From: Gemmatimonadota bacterium
GTDB taxonomy: Bacteria; Gemmatimonadota; Gemmatimonadetes; Gemmatimonadales; GWC2-71-9
Length of the DNA: 64,000 nucleotides
Direction: 5' to 3'
Assembly: GCA_022710485.1 (NCBI GenBank)
Contig: JAKLGU010000001.1
Coordinates: forward strand, 468,315-532,314
The notes beneath the pieces were generated by a model. The model was given only the letters and a program-made list of their open reading frames with translations. It did no database searches and was not told the DNA's origin. Positions 26,039 through 35,234 of the stretch are shown here, piece after piece; position 1 is the first letter of the stretch; every line of letters starts with the position of its first letter. The position numbers were made by a program, and so were the translations under genes.

Positions 26039-27530
26039 GGAGCCCGTCAATGAGCCTGGGCCGAGTGTCGCGCGGGTCGATCACGTCGTCCACGTAGCCC
26101 CGGGCCGCGGCGCCCCACGGGTTCGCGAACTTCTCGGTGTACTCCTCGATCCGGCGCGTCGTCTCGGCGGCCGGGTCCGCCGCCTTCGCGATCTGCTCCT
26201 TGAACAGGATCTCGACCGCACCCTTGGGGCCCATGACGGCGATCTCGGCCGTCGGCCAGGCAAGGTTGAGGTCCCCTCGAATGTGCTTGGAACTCATCAC
26301 GTCGTACGCGCCCCCGTAGGCCTTCCGGGTGATGACGGTCAGCTTCGGCACCGTCGCCTCGCAGTAGGCGTAGAGCAGTTTGGCGCCGTGCTTGATGATG
26401 CCGCCGTGCTCCTGGGCCACCCCCGGCAGGAAGCCCGGCACGTCTTCAAAGGTGACGAGCGGGATGTTGAAGGCGTCACAGAACCGGATGAACCGCGCTC
26501 CCTTGACCGAAGCGTTGATGTCGAGCACGCCGGCCAGCACCGCCGGCTGGTTGGCCACGACGCCGACCGACTGCCCCCCGAGCCGCGCGAACCCAACGAG
26601 GATGTTCCCCGCATACTCGCCCTGCACCTCGTGAAAGAGGCCGTCGTCCACCACGCGGCGGATGACGTCGTGCATGTCATACGGCTGGTTGGCGTTGGCG
26701 GGGATGACGTCCAGCAGCGCCTCGTCCCGGCGGTCCTCCGGGTCCGCGGTCGGCAGCACCGGCGCGGGGTCGAGGTTGTTGCTCGGCAGGTAGCCGACCA
26801 ACTCGCGAATGGCGGCAAGGCACTGCGGCTCGGAGTCGTGGACGAAGTGCGCCACGCCCGAGGTGCCGGCGTGGATGTCGGCGCCACCGAGCTGCTCGAA
26901 CGAGACGTCCTCGTGGGTGACCGTCTTCACCACGTTCGGGCCGGTGACGAACATGAAGCTCACGCCGCGCACCATGTGGACGAAGTCGGTGATGGCGGGA
27001 CTGTACACCGCCCCGCCGGCGCAGGGGCCGAGGATGGCGGAGATCTGCGGCACGACGCCGGAGGCGAGGGTGTTGCGGAGGAAGATGTCGGCGTAGCCGC
27101 CGAGCGACACCACGCCCTCCTGGATGCGGGCGCCGCCGGAGTCGTTGAGGCCGATGATCGGCGCCCCGTTCCGCACGGCGAGATCCATCACCTTGCAGAT
27201 CTTGGCCGCGTGGGTCTCCGACAGGGACCCGCCGAAGACGGTGAAATCCTGGCTGAAGACGTACACCAGCCGGCCGTCGATGCGGCCGGAGCCGGTCACC
27301 ACGCCGTCGCCGAGGTACACCTCGTCCGCCAAGCCGAAGTCGGTGGCGCGGTGCGTCACGAAGCGGTCGATCTCGACGAAGCTCCCCTCGTCGAGCAGGA
27401 GGTCGAGCCGCTCACGCGCGGTGAGTTTGCCCTTCTTGTGCTGCTGGGCGATCCGCTTCGCGCCGCCGCCCTGCTCGGCCTCGGCCTGGCGGCGGTGCAA
27501 TTCATCGAGACGCTTCCGTGAATCTGGCAT
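25977..27530 (-). CDS. pccB: propionyl-CoA carboxylase beta chain / methylmalonyl-CoA carboxyltransferase (12S) family
   Basis: [57 protein letters not shown]...[19 protein letters not shown]...[14 protein letters not shown] chose the ATG at 27530; the track ORF starts 36 codons earlier. Confidence 0.9.
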   Translation of the reverse strand: MPDSRKRLDELHRRQAEAEQGGGAKRIAQQHKKGKLTARERLDLLLDEGSFVEIDRFVTHRATDFGLADEVYLGDGVVTGSGRIDGRLVYVFSQDFTVFGGSLSETHAAKICKVMDLAVRNGAPIIGLNDSGGARIQEGVVSLGGYADIFLRNTLASGVVPQISAILGPCAGGAVYSPAITDFVHMVRGVSFMFVTGPNVVKTVTHEDVSFEQLGGADIHAGTSGVAHFVHDSEPQCLAAIRELVGYLPSNNLDPAPVLPTADPEDRRDEALLDVIPANANQPYDMHDVIRRVVDDGLFHEVQGEYAGNILVGFARLGGQSVGVVANQPAVLAGVLDINASVKGARFIRFCDAFNIPLVTFEDVPGFLPGVAQEHGGIIKHGAKLLYAYCEATVPKLTVITRKAYGGAYDVMSSKHIRGDLNLAWPTAEIAVMGPKGAVEILFKEQIAKAADPAAETTRRIEEYTEKFANPWGAAARGYVDDVIDPRDTRPRLIDGLRALRTKRDRNPAKKHGCMPL

Positions 27531-27549
27531 AAGGGGGAATGTAGGGTCC

Positions 27550-27657
27550 AGCGGGGAAGCGGGGAAGCGGGGACGAAACTCGACCGAGTCGTGAAATGCG
27601 CAAGGGGCGACCGATGACAGATCGCCCCCTGGGCTCATCCTTCCCCGCTTCCCCGCT
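27550..27657. repeat. composite inverted repeat built from GCGGGGAA octamers enclosing an inner hairpin
   Basis: agcggggaagcggggaag (27550-27567) is the perfect reverse complement of cttccccgcttccccgct (27640-27657), an 18-bp stem. An inner stem ggggcga/tcgcccc lies at 27604-27628. Confidence 0.7.
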
Positions 27658-27672
27658 GACCTGCCGCAGTGG

Positions 27673-29433
27673 CTATTCGTCCGCGGGGGACTCGTCGAAG
27701 TCGGGCTTGACCGGCGGGATGATCGGCTCGTCGGGGTATCCGATGACCGCCACCACGATGCGGTGATGGATCGGGTCCACCTCGATGACCTTCACGTCGA
27801 GGGGCTGGCCTTCCTTCACCGCGTCGCCCGGGTTGTCGATGTTGGCGACGCCGAGCTGCGACATTGGGGCGAACGCCTCGAGGTCGTTGCCGAGGTCGAT
27901 GACGACGCCCTTGTCCATCAGGCGGACGGCGCGGCCGCGGAGCTCATGGCCGACCGGGAGGATCTCGCCGATGCGGAGCCAGGGATCCTCTTCCGCCTGC
28001 TTGAGGCCGAGGGAGATCCGCTTGTTCTCGCCGTCGATGTTGAGGATGACGACGTTGACGGCGTCGCCCTTCTTGACCACCTCGGACGGGTGCTGGACGC
28101 GCTTGGTCCAGGACATGTCGGAGATGTGGATGAGGCCGTCGATGCCGGGCTCGATCTCGACGAAGGCGCCGAAGCTGGTCAGGTTGCGGACCTTGCCCTG
28201 GAGCCGGGTGCCCACCGGGAACTTCTGCGGCAGGATCATCCACGGGTCCTGCTCGGTCTGCTTCATGCCGAGGGAGATCTTCTCCTCCGACTCGTCGACC
28301 TTGAGGACCACCGCCTCGATGGTCTCGCCGATGCTGACGATCTTCGAGGGGTGCCGGACGTTGCGGGTCCAGCTCATCTCGGAGATGTGCACCAGGCCCT
28401 CGATGCCGGGCTCGAGCTCGACGAAGGCGCCGTAGTTGGTGATCGAGACCACCTTGCCCTGGACGCGGGTGCCGACCGGGTACTTGGCGGCCACGTCCTT
28501 CCACGGGTACTCCTGCAGCTGCTTCATGCCGAGGCTGATGCGCTCGCGCTGCCAGTCGATGTCGAGGATCTTGACCTCGACCTCGCGGCCGATGGCGACC
28601 ATCTCGGTCGGGTGCGACACGCGGCCGTAGGACATGTCGGTGATGTGGAGCAGGCCGTCCACGCCGCCGAGGTCGATGAACGCCCCGAAGTCGGTGATGT
28701 TCTTGACGACGCCCTTCCGCACCTGGCCGACAAGGAGCTCCTTCATCAGGTGCTCGCGCTTGTGGGCCCGCTCGTGCTCGAGGATGACGCGGCGGCTGAC
28801 GACGATGTTCCGCCGGCGCTTGTTGAGCTTGATGATCTTGAACTCGTAGGTCTGGCCGAGGAGCTCGTCGATGTTCGGCACCCGGCGGAGCGCGATCTGG
28901 CTGCCGGGGAGGAAGGCGTCCACGCCCATCAGGTTCACGACCACGCCGCCCTTGATCTTCTTGACCAGGGTGCCCTCGACCGGCTCGTCCGCCTCGTGCG
29001 CCACCCGGATCCGTTCCCAGACCCGCATGAAGTCGGCCTTCTTCTTGGACAGGACGACGGCGCCTTCCTGGTCCTCGAGGTGCTCGAGGAAGACCTCGAC
29101 CTCGTCACCGACCGCCGGGGGCTCCTTGAACTCGTCGAGGGCCACCGAGCCCTCGGACTTGAAGCCGACGTCGAGGATGACGGCGTTCTCGGTGATGCGC
29201 AGGACCTTCGACTTGACGATCTCGCCCTCGGCGATCGAGGCCATGGTGCCCTCGTACATCGAGAGCATCTGCTCGTACTCGTCCTCGCTGTACTCCTCGT
29301 CGTAGAGGTCAGCGCGGACCATCAGCCCGGTCGAGGACATCGAGCCCTCGGTGTGGGCGGAGCGGCGGCGGGGGGATTCGTCGGAAGCGGCGGGGGTGTC
29401 CAGGTCGGACGGGGCAGCGGACAGCTCGGACAT
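27673..29433 (-). CDS. rpsA: 30S ribosomal protein S1 (six S1 domains)
   Basis: 586 aa with repeated S1 motifs (GxVxxxxxFGAFVxLxxGxxGLxHISE). The start could be a downstream ATG. Confidence 0.95.
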   Translation of the reverse strand: MSELSAAPSDLDTPAASDESPRRRSAHTEGSMSSTGLMVRADLYDEEYSEDEYEQMLSMYEGTMASIAEGEIVKSKVLRITENAVILDVGFKSEGSVALDEFKEPPAVGDEVEVFLEHLEDQEGAVVLSKKKADFMRVWERIRVAHEADEPVEGTLVKKIKGGVVVNLMGVDAFLPGSQIALRRVPNIDELLGQTYEFKIIKLNKRRRNIVVSRRVILEHERAHKREHLMKELLVGQVRKGVVKNITDFGAFIDLGGVDGLLHITDMSYGRVSHPTEMVAIGREVEVKILDIDWQRERISLGMKQLQEYPWKDVAAKYPVGTRVQGKVVSITNYGAFVELEPGIEGLVHISEMSWTRNVRHPSKIVSIGETIEAVVLKVDESEEKISLGMKQTEQDPWMILPQKFPVGTRLQGKVRNLTSFGAFVEIEPGIDGLIHISDMSWTKRVQHPSEVVKKGDAVNVVILNIDGENKRISLGLKQAEEDPWLRIGEILPVGHELRGRAVRLMDKGVVIDLGNDLEAFAPMSQLGVANIDNPGDAVKEGQPLDVKVIEVDPIHHRIVVAVIGYPDEPIIPPVKPDFDESPADE

Positions 29434-29691
29434 GAGAGTCGGATCCCTTCGTGGGTCGGCCGCACCGGGAGGGCTGCGGGATGAGGTGGAGCCCGTTCCG
29501 GGCGGAGGTGCCCAGGTTCGGGAGCCCTCAAACGTAACCGGAGGGACGCCGAGCTGCTAGGGGGTGGAGGCCACCCCAGTCCGATGCGCCGGGGGAGCGC
29601 ACAACCGGAGGGTGTCGGCGGGCCCAGCGACCAAGCCGACCGAGGCCGTGGATTGCGACTGACGGTAGCGACGCGCCTCGTCGGGTGGGGG

Positions 29692-29844
29692 TCAGGGTTG
29701 CGGGGCGCTGGTCGCGGGCGGCTCGTAGTTGGGTTCCGTGGTGTCTTTCGACGGGCAACCCGCAATCAACAGCCCGAGGAGACAGATCGCGACGGGGAAC
29801 AGGCCGGGAACGCGGCCCGCGACATGGGTGAGGCGATTCAGCAT
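29692..29844 (-). CDS. small lipoprotein (50 aa), absent from the ORF track
   Basis: My translation is MLNRLTHVAGRVPGLFPVAICLLGLLIAGCPSKDTTEPNYEPPATSAPQP, stop TGA. It has the lipobox LIAGC. The ATG at 29844 is preceded by ctGGAGaacatc. Confidence 0.5.
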   Translation of the reverse strand: MLNRLTHVAGRVPGLFPVAICLLGLLIAGCPSKDTTEPNYEPPATSAPQP

Positions 29845-29959
29845 GATGTTCTCCAGGGGGGGAGGAAGAACCGGGAGCGCTTGAACCCGGAGGATATCCT
29901 ACCGCGCCCGCTCGATTCCGCCACCCCACCCGGGAGGCGTCCCCGGCCCCCAACCGTTC

Positions 29960-30652
29960 CTAGGGGGCCGGGAGCCGGTACACCGTCCGGGCCAGCCGGG
30001 CGATGCCGTCCACCTGCTCCTCGAAGGTCAGCCGGGAGGTGTCGAGTTCCAGGGCGTCCGGCGGGGAGACCAGCGGCGCCACGGCCCGGGAGGCGTCGGC
30101 CTTGTCTCGGGCTTTCAGCCGCTCGGCCTCCGCAAACACCTCCTCGTTGCTGGGCTCCCGCCCACCCTGCTGGACCAGGCGGCGCAGGGCCCGCACCACC
30201 GAATCGGCGTAGAGGAAGACCTTGAGCCCCGCCTCCGGAAAGACCACCGACCCGATGTCGCGGCCGTCGACCACCACCGGGACTCCCGCCTCCGCCAGCG
30301 CCCGCATCCGGGCGTTGGCCCAGTCCCGGACCGCCGGGACCGCGGACACAGCCGACACCGCGGCCGTCACCTCAGGCGTCCGGATCAGCTGTTCCGCGGG
30401 GGCGCCGTCGAGCAGCGGCACGAAGTCCTCCCCCTCCGGGCGGAGTCCCAGTCCGCGCCGCTCAGCCTGCTCCAGGAGCGCCGGGACGTCGAGGTTGACG
30501 GGGTCGAGCCCGGCGTCGAGCGCCACCCGCGTGAGCGCGCGGTAGAGAGCGCCCGAGTCGAGGTGGTGAAACCCGATGGCCCGCGCCACCGCCCGCGCAG
30601 TGCTCGACTTGCCGGAGGCCGCCGGTCCGTCAATGGCCACGACACGCATCAC
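29960..30652 (-). CDS. cmk: cytidylate kinase
   Basis: VVAIDGPAASGKSSTARAVA...HLDSGALYRA. The start is either a GTG at 30652 (GTGA overlap with the aroA stop) or the ATG at 30649. Confidence 0.9.
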   Translation of the reverse strand: MMRVVAIDGPAASGKSSTARAVARAIGFHHLDSGALYRALTRVALDAGLDPVNLDVPALLEQAERRGLGLRPEGEDFVPLLDGAPAEQLIRTPEVTAAVSAVSAVPAVRDWANARMRALAEAGVPVVVDGRDIGSVVFPEAGLKVFLYADSVVRALRRLVQQGGREPSNEEVFAEAERLKARDKADASRAVAPLVSPPDALELDTSRLTFEEQVDGIARLARTVYRLPAP

Positions 30653-31926
30653 TTCCTCCCCTTCCCCGGCCCCCGGAGGGCGCGGAGCGACTCGTGGAAA
30701 TTCGGAAAGCTGACGCCGGCTGCGGCGGGATCGTCCACCCGGACCCTGGCACCGCGTACCGTTCCGAGCACGCCGAACGCCATGGCGATGCGGTGGTCCC
30801 CGGCGGTGACGACCCGGCCGGCGGGGGGCCGGCGGCCTCCGACCACGGTGAGCGTGTTGCCATGCGCCTCCGCCCCGGCACCGACCGCGCGGAGGTTGCT
30901 GGCGAGAAGGGCGAGCCGGTCGCTCTCCTTGACCCGAAGCTCGCCAACCTCCCGGAACACCGTGGTACCATCCGCGCGACTGGCCAGTACCGAAAGCAGC
31001 GGAATCTCGTCGATGAGGCCCGGAATCTCGCCCGCGGCCACGTCCGTGGCCACCAGCTCAGCGGGCCGGACAATAAGGTCTCCCACCGGCTCGCCGCCGA
31101 CGTCGTGCAGCCCTTCGACCGTCACCGCGGCACCCATCCGCGCCAGCACCCGAAGAAATCCGGTCCGGGTCGGGTTGAGGCCGACCCCGCGGAGTCGCAG
31201 CACGCCCCCCTCGGCCAGCAGCGCGGCGCCGACCAGGAAGGCGGCGGAGGAGGGATCGCCCGGCACCTCGTTGGCGACCGGCACGATCCGGCCGGTGGGC
31301 GCGAACCGGATCCACTCGCCGTCGTCCTCGATCTCGTAGCCGAACGCCCGGAGCATGCGCTCGGTGTGGTCGCGCGACCGGCCACCTGGCTCCCGCACCT
31401 CGACCGGGACGCCGGCGGCGACCCCCGCCAGGATCAGCGCGCTCTTGAGCTGCGCGCTGGAGACGGGAAGCTCGTACCGGATGCCGGTGAGATGTCCGCC
31501 GCGCACCGTGACGGGGAGCCCGTCCCGGCCCGCGAAGGTGAACCGGGCGCCCATCAGCGCCAGCGGATCGGTTACCCGGCGCATCGGCCGCCGGCGGAGG
31601 GAAGCGTCTCCGGTGAGCGTCGCCGAGAAGGGATGCGCCGAGAGCGCGCCGAGCAGGAGCCGCGCCGAGGTGCCGGAGTTGCCGCAGTGGAGGATGGCGC
31701 CGGGGCGGCGGAAGCGGGGGCGCCCGCGGACCAGGATGTCACGTCCGGCGGCGAGGGGTGAGACCTCGACGCCAAGCTGCCGGAGCACCCGCGCCGTGCT
31801 TCGCGCGTCGAATGACGTAAGGGCACCACCGATGCGGCTCGTCCCCCGTGCCATGCCCGCCAGGATCAGCGCCCGGTGCGTGATGCTCTTGTCGCCGGGC
31901 ACCCTGAGGTCGGCGTCCACGATCAT
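30649..31926 (-). CDS. aroA: 3-phosphoshikimate 1-carboxyvinyltransferase (EPSP synthase)
   Basis: MIVDADLRVPGDKSITHRALILAGMARG...; 425 aa. The ATG at 31926 overlaps the tyrA stop (ATGA). The 686-aa track ORF is an over-extension. Confidence 0.9.
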   Translation of the reverse strand: MIVDADLRVPGDKSITHRALILAGMARGTSRIGGALTSFDARSTARVLRQLGVEVSPLAAGRDILVRGRPRFRRPGAILHCGNSGTSARLLLGALSAHPFSATLTGDASLRRRPMRRVTDPLALMGARFTFAGRDGLPVTVRGGHLTGIRYELPVSSAQLKSALILAGVAAGVPVEVREPGGRSRDHTERMLRAFGYEIEDDGEWIRFAPTGRIVPVANEVPGDPSSAAFLVGAALLAEGGVLRLRGVGLNPTRTGFLRVLARMGAAVTVEGLHDVGGEPVGDLIVRPAELVATDVAAGEIPGLIDEIPLLSVLASRADGTTVFREVGELRVKESDRLALLASNLRAVGAGAEAHGNTLTVVGGRRPPAGRVVTAGDHRIAMAFGVLGTVRGARVRVDDPAAAGVSFPNFHESLRALRGPGKGRK

Positions 31927-32765
31927 CGGGCCACCCCCCGGGCCAGCACCTCGGCGGCGCGGTTCATTTCCCGAAGTAGGTCGGCATCGCCGCGCTGGAT
32001 CGCGCCCTGCATCCGCGCCAGCTCGGCTTTCAGTGCCTCGAGCGCGGCGGCCACCGCCTCCGGATTGGCGAGCACCCTCGCGTCCCAATCGTCGCCGGCA
32101 TCTCGTGCGCTCGCGGTGGCGCTCCGCACCGCGGCGTCGAACGCGGCGCCCCGCAGGCCCGCATTGGCGAGCGCCAGCGCCACGGCGCGGGCGGCGGCGC
32201 GCGGCAGCTCGAGCGTCCACGCGACCTGCCGGTCGTGGGTGTCCGCGTCGATCACCACCGGCTCCCCCTCGAGGACGGTGGACACGAAAGCCCGCATCGC
32301 CTGCCGCGCCGGCTCCCCTTCCATGTCGGCGGTCACGTAGGTGATGGCGCCGCGGAAGAGGTCGGCCCGCGCACCGGCAAATCCCTGCTCGACGGGGGAC
32401 ACCAGGGGGTGAAGCCCCGCGTAGCGTGCCGCGAGCCCTGCGTCGCGCATCGCGGCGAGGACCTTCGACTTGGCCCCGGCGAGGTCGGTCAGCGTCGCCC
32501 CCGGCGCCAGATGTGGTGCGACGACCGGGATGAGGGCAATCACCTCCGCGGGCGTGCCGGCCAGCACGACGAGCCCGGCGCCTCGGACGGTATCGGCGGG
32601 AGTGAGTCCCCTGTCGGTGAGTGCGCCGGCCCGGATCGCTTGCACGGCGGTGGCGGGGCTGGCGGAAAACCCCATGACCCTGGGGACGCCCACCACGCGG
32701 GCGCGCCACGCCAGCGAAGCGCCGAGAGCCCCAAGTCCAACGACCGCAAGGGAATCAGGCCACAT
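31923..32765 (-). CDS. tyrA: prephenate/arogenate dehydrogenase
   Basis: 280 aa with an N-terminal Rossmann motif (LAVVGLGALGASLA), ...TDLAGAKSKV...GLHPLV. Confidence 0.8.
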   Translation of the reverse strand: MWPDSLAVVGLGALGASLAWRARVVGVPRVMGFSASPATAVQAIRAGALTDRGLTPADTVRGAGLVVLAGTPAEVIALIPVVAPHLAPGATLTDLAGAKSKVLAAMRDAGLAARYAGLHPLVSPVEQGFAGARADLFRGAITYVTADMEGEPARQAMRAFVSTVLEGEPVVIDADTHDRQVAWTLELPRAAARAVALALANAGLRGAAFDAAVRSATASARDAGDDWDARVLANPEAVAAALEALKAELARMQGAIQRGDADLLREMNRAAEVLARGVAR

Positions 32766-32886
32766 GGCGTTCGACGACCCGGGAAGGAGGGCGCAAATAT
32801 AGGCAGGGCACGGGGTTTGCTATCCTCGACGCGCGAATCCTATCCCCAACGCGGCGGATTCTCAACAGCGCGCTGAGGGAGGGCAA

Positions 32887-33264
32887 ATGGCCACGATCCT
32901 GATCGTCGAAGACAGCCCCGACAACATGAAGCTCTTCCGCACCCTGCTCACGCTCCACGGCCACGACGTGATCGGCCTCGGAGGCGGCGAGGGGCTGATT
33001 CGGCACATCCTCGACAGCCGCCCCGACCTGGTGCTCATGGACATCCAGTTGCCGGAGCGCGACGGTTTTTCGCTGCTCCAGGACATCCGGCGCGACGTGC
33101 CCGCCGCCCTGCCGGTGGTGGCGCTGACGGCGCACGCGATGGCCGGCGACCGTGAGCGGGCGATCGGGGCGGGCTTCGACGGGTACATCACCAAGCCGAT
33201 CGACATCCGTGCCTTCCCGGGGCAGGTGGCCGAGGCGCTGAGCCGGGGCCCGCGCGACCGGTGA
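32887..33264 (+). CDS. single-domain response regulator (CheY-like receiver)
   Basis: 125 aa, [10 protein letters not shown]...[15 protein letters not shown]...[14 protein letters not shown]...[19 protein letters not shown] Shine-Dalgarno sequence lies before the ATG. Confidence 0.9.
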   Translation: MATILIVEDSPDNMKLFRTLLTLHGHDVIGLGGGEGLIRHILDSRPDLVLMDIQLPERDGFSLLQDIRRDVPAALPVVALTAHAMAGDRERAIGAGFDGYITKPIDIRAFPGQVAEALSRGPRDR

Positions 33265-33848
33265 GGATTGCGCCGCCGCCCCTGAGCGCCGAAGTTACGT
33301 CAGCACGTTCCGTGAGCCGAGGAGAGTCAGTGTCCCGACCACCGCAGCAACCGACGAGACAGCCCGGCGACACGAAGGGGGCGTTGTACGACGCCCTCCA
33401 GGGCGCCGTCAAGTCGGAGGCGCAGAAACGCCAGGAGCAACAGGCCAACCGTGGGGCCGGACGCAGCGGTTCCCGGCTGATGTGGGGCTCCCTGGTCGCG
33501 CTCGCTTGCGTCGGTGCCTGGATCGGGATCACCCAGCCGGACTGGATCTTTCCGAAGCCACCGGTGCCACACACCACGGAATTCCAGGATGCCAGCCTGC
33601 GGATGCTGCTGTACATGGAGTCGCGCCGCATCGAGAATTACCGCCAGGCGCACGGCGTACTGCCGGCCTCGCTCGCGGACGTGGGGGCGGTGCCGGAAGG
33701 CGTGACGTACACCGTCTTGCCGGATGGAACCTTCAGGCTGGATGGGCGAACGGGCGGCGTGCAATTGACCTTCGCCTCGACGGACGATCCGGCGCCCTTC
33801 CTGAAGAACTCGTTCGAGGTGCTCTCACGCCGGCAGGCCCAGAAGTGA
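33261..33848 (+). CDS. hypothetical single-pass membrane protein with a pseudopilin-like C-terminal region
   Basis: 195 aa. The GTG start overlaps the response-regulator stop (GTGA). One TM segment is present ([18 protein letters not shown]). The following ...[22 protein letters not shown]... resembles the GspG/pilin head by eye. Confidence 0.5.
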   Translation: MRIAPPPLSAEVTSARSVSRGESVSRPPQQPTRQPGDTKGALYDALQGAVKSEAQKRQEQQANRGAGRSGSRLMWGSLVALACVGAWIGITQPDWIFPKPPVPHTTEFQDASLRMLLYMESRRIENYRQAHGVLPASLADVGAVPEGVTYTVLPDGTFRLDGRTGGVQLTFASTDDPAPFLKNSFEVLSRRQAQK

Positions 33849-34318
33849 GGCGGCCGTCGTGGTCCCGCCGGGGCTTCACCCTGATCGAGCTCCTGGTGGT
33901 GTTCGTGGTGCTGGGGATCCTCTCCTCGATCGCCATCCTCAAGTACATCGACCTTCGCATGAGCGCGCAGGCGGCGCGCGTCGCTGCCGACTTCAACGCG
34001 ATCAAGATCGCCACGTACGCCTACTACACCGACGACTACCAGTGGCCCGCCGAGGTGAGCGCCGGCGTCATTCCGCCGGAGCTCGTCCCGATCCTGGCCA
34101 GCGGATACACGTTTGTCCGCGACCTCTACACCCTCGACTACGACTACTTCCCGATCTCTGGGTCGGGGCCCGGGGGGTACATCGTCGGGGTGACCGTGAC
34201 GACGCCCAACCCGAAGCTGATGACCAAGCTGGAGCAGATCCTTGGGCGGAACATGCCGTTCATCTCGGCAGGCGGGTCGCTCACCTACATCATCGTGGGG
34301 TCGGACGGGGCGTCGTAG
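33845..34318 (+). CDS. prepilin-type N-terminal cleavage/methylation domain protein (type IV pilin / T2SS pseudopilin-like)
   Basis: The GTG at 33845 overlaps the upstream stop (GTGA). The leader [10 protein letters not shown]|[21 protein letters not shown] has the classical G/F cleavage site and Glu+5. 157 aa. Confidence 0.8.
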   Translation: MRRPSWSRRGFTLIELLVVFVVLGILSSIAILKYIDLRMSAQAARVAADFNAIKIATYAYYTDDYQWPAEVSAGVIPPELVPILASGYTFVRDLYTLDYDYFPISGSGPGGYIVGVTVTTPNPKLMTKLEQILGRNMPFISAGGSLTYIIVGSDGAS

Positions 34319-34364
34319 CGCGGACTGGGAAGGGATCCAGGCGAGTGAACAGGGGGCCCATCGT

Positions 34365-34769
34365 CTACGCGGTGGGCCCTCGTGTTTTCTGGCCGGACTC
34401 GTGCAGCATGGCGGTCACGATGAGCGCGACGATCAGCAACACCGAGTACTCCATGCCGTTCCTGCCCCCACCGACCACGAACCAGCCGTCGGACGCGTGA
34501 ACCAGCAGGATCCCCATGATGAGTTCCGCCGCGAACCAGCCGCACAGCGGGCGCACCAGGAAGCCGAGGATGAGCGCGGGGCCACCGACAATCTCCACGA
34601 TCGTGACAAGCCAGGCCACGGCCGGACCGAGCGGAACGTGCTGCGCGTCGAGGAAGCCCCCGAATCCGGTCACGCCCCCGTCGTAGACTCGGTAGACGCC
34701 GTGAATGGTAAGGAGCAGGCCGAGGGTGGCGCGGAGGATGACGCTCGCGCGGAGGGCAGTAGGCGACAT
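34365..34769 (-). CDS. DoxX-family membrane protein
   Basis: 134 aa with 4 hydrophobic helices, ...LLLTIHGVYRV...VEIVGGPALILGF.... Confidence 0.6.
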   Translation of the reverse strand: MSPTALRASVILRATLGLLLTIHGVYRVYDGGVTGFGGFLDAQHVPLGPAVAWLVTIVEIVGGPALILGFLVRPLCGWFAAELIMGILLVHASDGWFVVGGGRNGMEYSVLLIVALIVTAMLHESGQKTRGPTA

Positions 34770-34850
34770 GGCGGGCCGGTCCTGGTCGAGGGGAGACAGC
34801 GGGCGATGTCTTCCCTACGCGGGACGAGTGGGGCGGGTGTCAGTAAGGGG

Positions 34851-35234
34851 TCACGCGCTGGTTGCCGTCCCTCGCGCCCTCCCCGCCGCGACGAGCAGAA
34901 CCGCCACGATTGCGTGCACCACGACCGCCGGCCACAGCAGCGGTCCGCCCAGATGGAGGGCCGCCCCCGCATACCCGAGGAGCCCCGCGATCATCGCGTT
35001 GTAGAGCACCAGGGCGCGGACGCCCTGCATCGACGGCTCGCCACGCGTGTCGCTCGGCCAGCACGCGATGGCCATCGCCACGAGCGCGACGCCGAAACAC
35101 CGAACGACGAGCGGACCCGCTCCGGACAGGTCCGTGCCGAGCAGCAGTTGCGTGACCACCGATGGGGCGAGCAGCGATGCCAGCCCTGTCACCCCCTCGG
35201 TGGCGGACGAGAATGCGACGACCTTCGCTGTCAC
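34851..35234 (-). CDS. hypothetical 4-TM membrane protein, translationally coupled to the upstream sulfatase
   Basis: 127-aa hydrophobic ORF. Its GTG start overlaps the sulfatase stop (GTGA). Confidence 0.5.
   Translation of the reverse strand: MTAKVVAFSSATEGVTGLASLLAPSVVTQLLLGTDLSGAGPLVVRCFGVALVAMAIACWPSDTRGEPSMQGVRALVLYNAMIAGLLGYAGAALHLGGPLLWPAVVVHAIVAVLLVAAGRARGTATSA

Noticed and set aside
27550-27657. Tandem octamers and clustered hairpins (27550-27657, 25750-25923, 60522-60544) as a possible CRISPR array.
   Set aside because: The repeat units are 8 nt, or are single hairpins with no regularly spaced unique spacers of 25-40 nt. No cas genes are present in the window.
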